The position numbers and the translations under genes were made by a program. This document shows positions 35,281-35,853 of a DNA stretch of 35,853 nt, piece after piece. The DNA comes from an uncultured Planctomycetaceae bacterium (lineage in GTDB: Bacteria; Planctomycetota; Phycisphaerae; UBA1845; UTPLA1): assembly GCA_964464525.1 (NCBI GenBank), contig CAYXGR010000003.1, positions 1 to 35,853 of the forward strand, given 5' to 3'. Below the pieces are notes generated by a model. That model did no database searches. It saw only the letters and a list, made by a program, of their open reading frames with translations, and was not told the DNA's origin. The first letter of the stretch is position 1; each line of letters begins with the position of its first letter.

Positions 35281-35706
35281 CTACATGCCCTCGCGGTCGA
35301 GGGTCAGGCCTCGGTTGTCGTCCTCCGTCTTGTTCTCCATCGAGTAGTTGTCCTTCTGTCGTTGGTGATTGACCTCGAGCTTTTTGCGGTATAGATCCAT
35401 CACGTCATTTGCGTCCATGCCGACACATTGGGCCATCGATATCCAGAAAAAGAGCAGGTCGATGACCTCCACGCGGGCGTTTTGCAGGTCGTGGACTTCA
35501 AATCGGCGGCCCTGCTTGGCCTCGGCGCACCAGTGCTTCCAGTAGGTGCAGTCGCGCAATTCCTCCAATTCGTTCGACGCGGCTGCGATATAGTTGTTCA
35601 GCCACTGTCCAGCAATCTTCGGATCGAATCGATCGTGTAACGCCTTCGGATCAAATCCGATCCGCTTGTTCAATTCAGCCTGTTGTCTGAATAATTCTTC
35701 CAGCAT
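35281..35706 (-). CDS. all-alpha NTP pyrophosphohydrolase (dimeric dUTPase / MazG-like) family protein
   Basis: The 141-aa ORF resembles dimeric dUTPase-like proteins: NYIAAASNELEELRD...WKHW, EVIDLLFFWISMAQ and DLYRKKLEVNHQRQKDNY. It is a monocistronic minus-strand gene with its own terminator. Confidence 0.6.
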   Translation of the reverse strand: MLEELFRQQAELNKRIGFDPKALHDRFDPKIAGQWLNNYIAAASNELEELRDCTYWKHWCAEAKQGRRFEVHDLQNARVEVIDLLFFWISMAQCVGMDANDVMDLYRKKLEVNHQRQKDNYSMENKTEDDNRGLTLDREGM

Positions 35707-35853
35707 GATTGAGTGATCCTTGATACCCGCCTGGCCGTCCGCCCATCGCGAATAGGTTAACGCGATCTATCCAGGAACGCACGCCGAAGCTCGGCGGTCG
35801 ATTGTCGGAGGGTCCATGACAGAATCTGCGGATTCAATGTCGGCTTCAGCCGG

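Noticed and set aside
35767-35853. Open frame running off the right edge on the minus strand (28 codons, then TAG at 35767-35769)
   Set aside because: It is too short and truncated to judge. It may be the 3' end of a real gene, but nothing in the window supports a call.

Overview
The window looks like a moderately GC-rich bacterial chromosome segment spanning the replication origin. No search tools were available, so every functional call rests on motifs read from the ORF translations. The TPR/alpha-CTD fusion, dockerin-like tail and exosortase locus suggest Planctomycetota or a relative, but that is only an inference.

Gene layout:
- Origin core (minus strand): gyrB, a DUF721/DciA-like gene, dnaN, a 534-bp spacer, then dnaA. 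The spacer holds a perfect TTATCCACA DnaA box, three near-consensus boxes and a roughly 40-bp AT-rich element.
- Left of the origin (minus strand, about 13 kb): an exosortase-type exopolysaccharide export cluster. It contains a Wza-like exporter, exosortase, EpsI, a 1554-aa TPR protein, a Wzc-like tyrosine autokinase, a KpsF/KdsD isomerase and an HExxH protein. A NeuD-like acetyltransferase and a GT-C-like membrane protein lie between this cluster and gyrB.
- Far left (plus strand): an EF-G-like GTPase paralog and an LpxL-family acyltransferase.
- Right of dnaA (mostly plus strand): a TPR protein with two RpoA alpha-CTD-like domains, a SpoIID/LytB-like protein, a CHASE2 class III nucleotide cyclase and a secreted EEP-fold protein with a dockerin-like tail. 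A small all-alpha NTP pyrophosphatase (dUTPase/MazG-like) gene sits on the minus strand.

No rRNA, tRNA, CRISPR array, transposase or integrase was recognised.

The least explained signals are non-coding:
- A composite intergenic repeat family occurs in six spacers. It combines a GC hairpin, a CTT-rich tract and 8-nt-periodic TTTTGACG arrays.
- A 21-bp tandem repeat has a distant inverted relative.
- A conserved 26-nt hairpin occurs twice.
- A duplicated palindrome brackets the Wzc leader.
- Three AT-rich islands resemble each other.

Protein-level oddities:
- The EF-G paralog lacks the catalytic His and the NKxD Lys.
- The BY-kinase carries a roughly 225-aa acidic tail after its Tyr cluster.
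- The TPR protein in the exosortase operon is unusually large.
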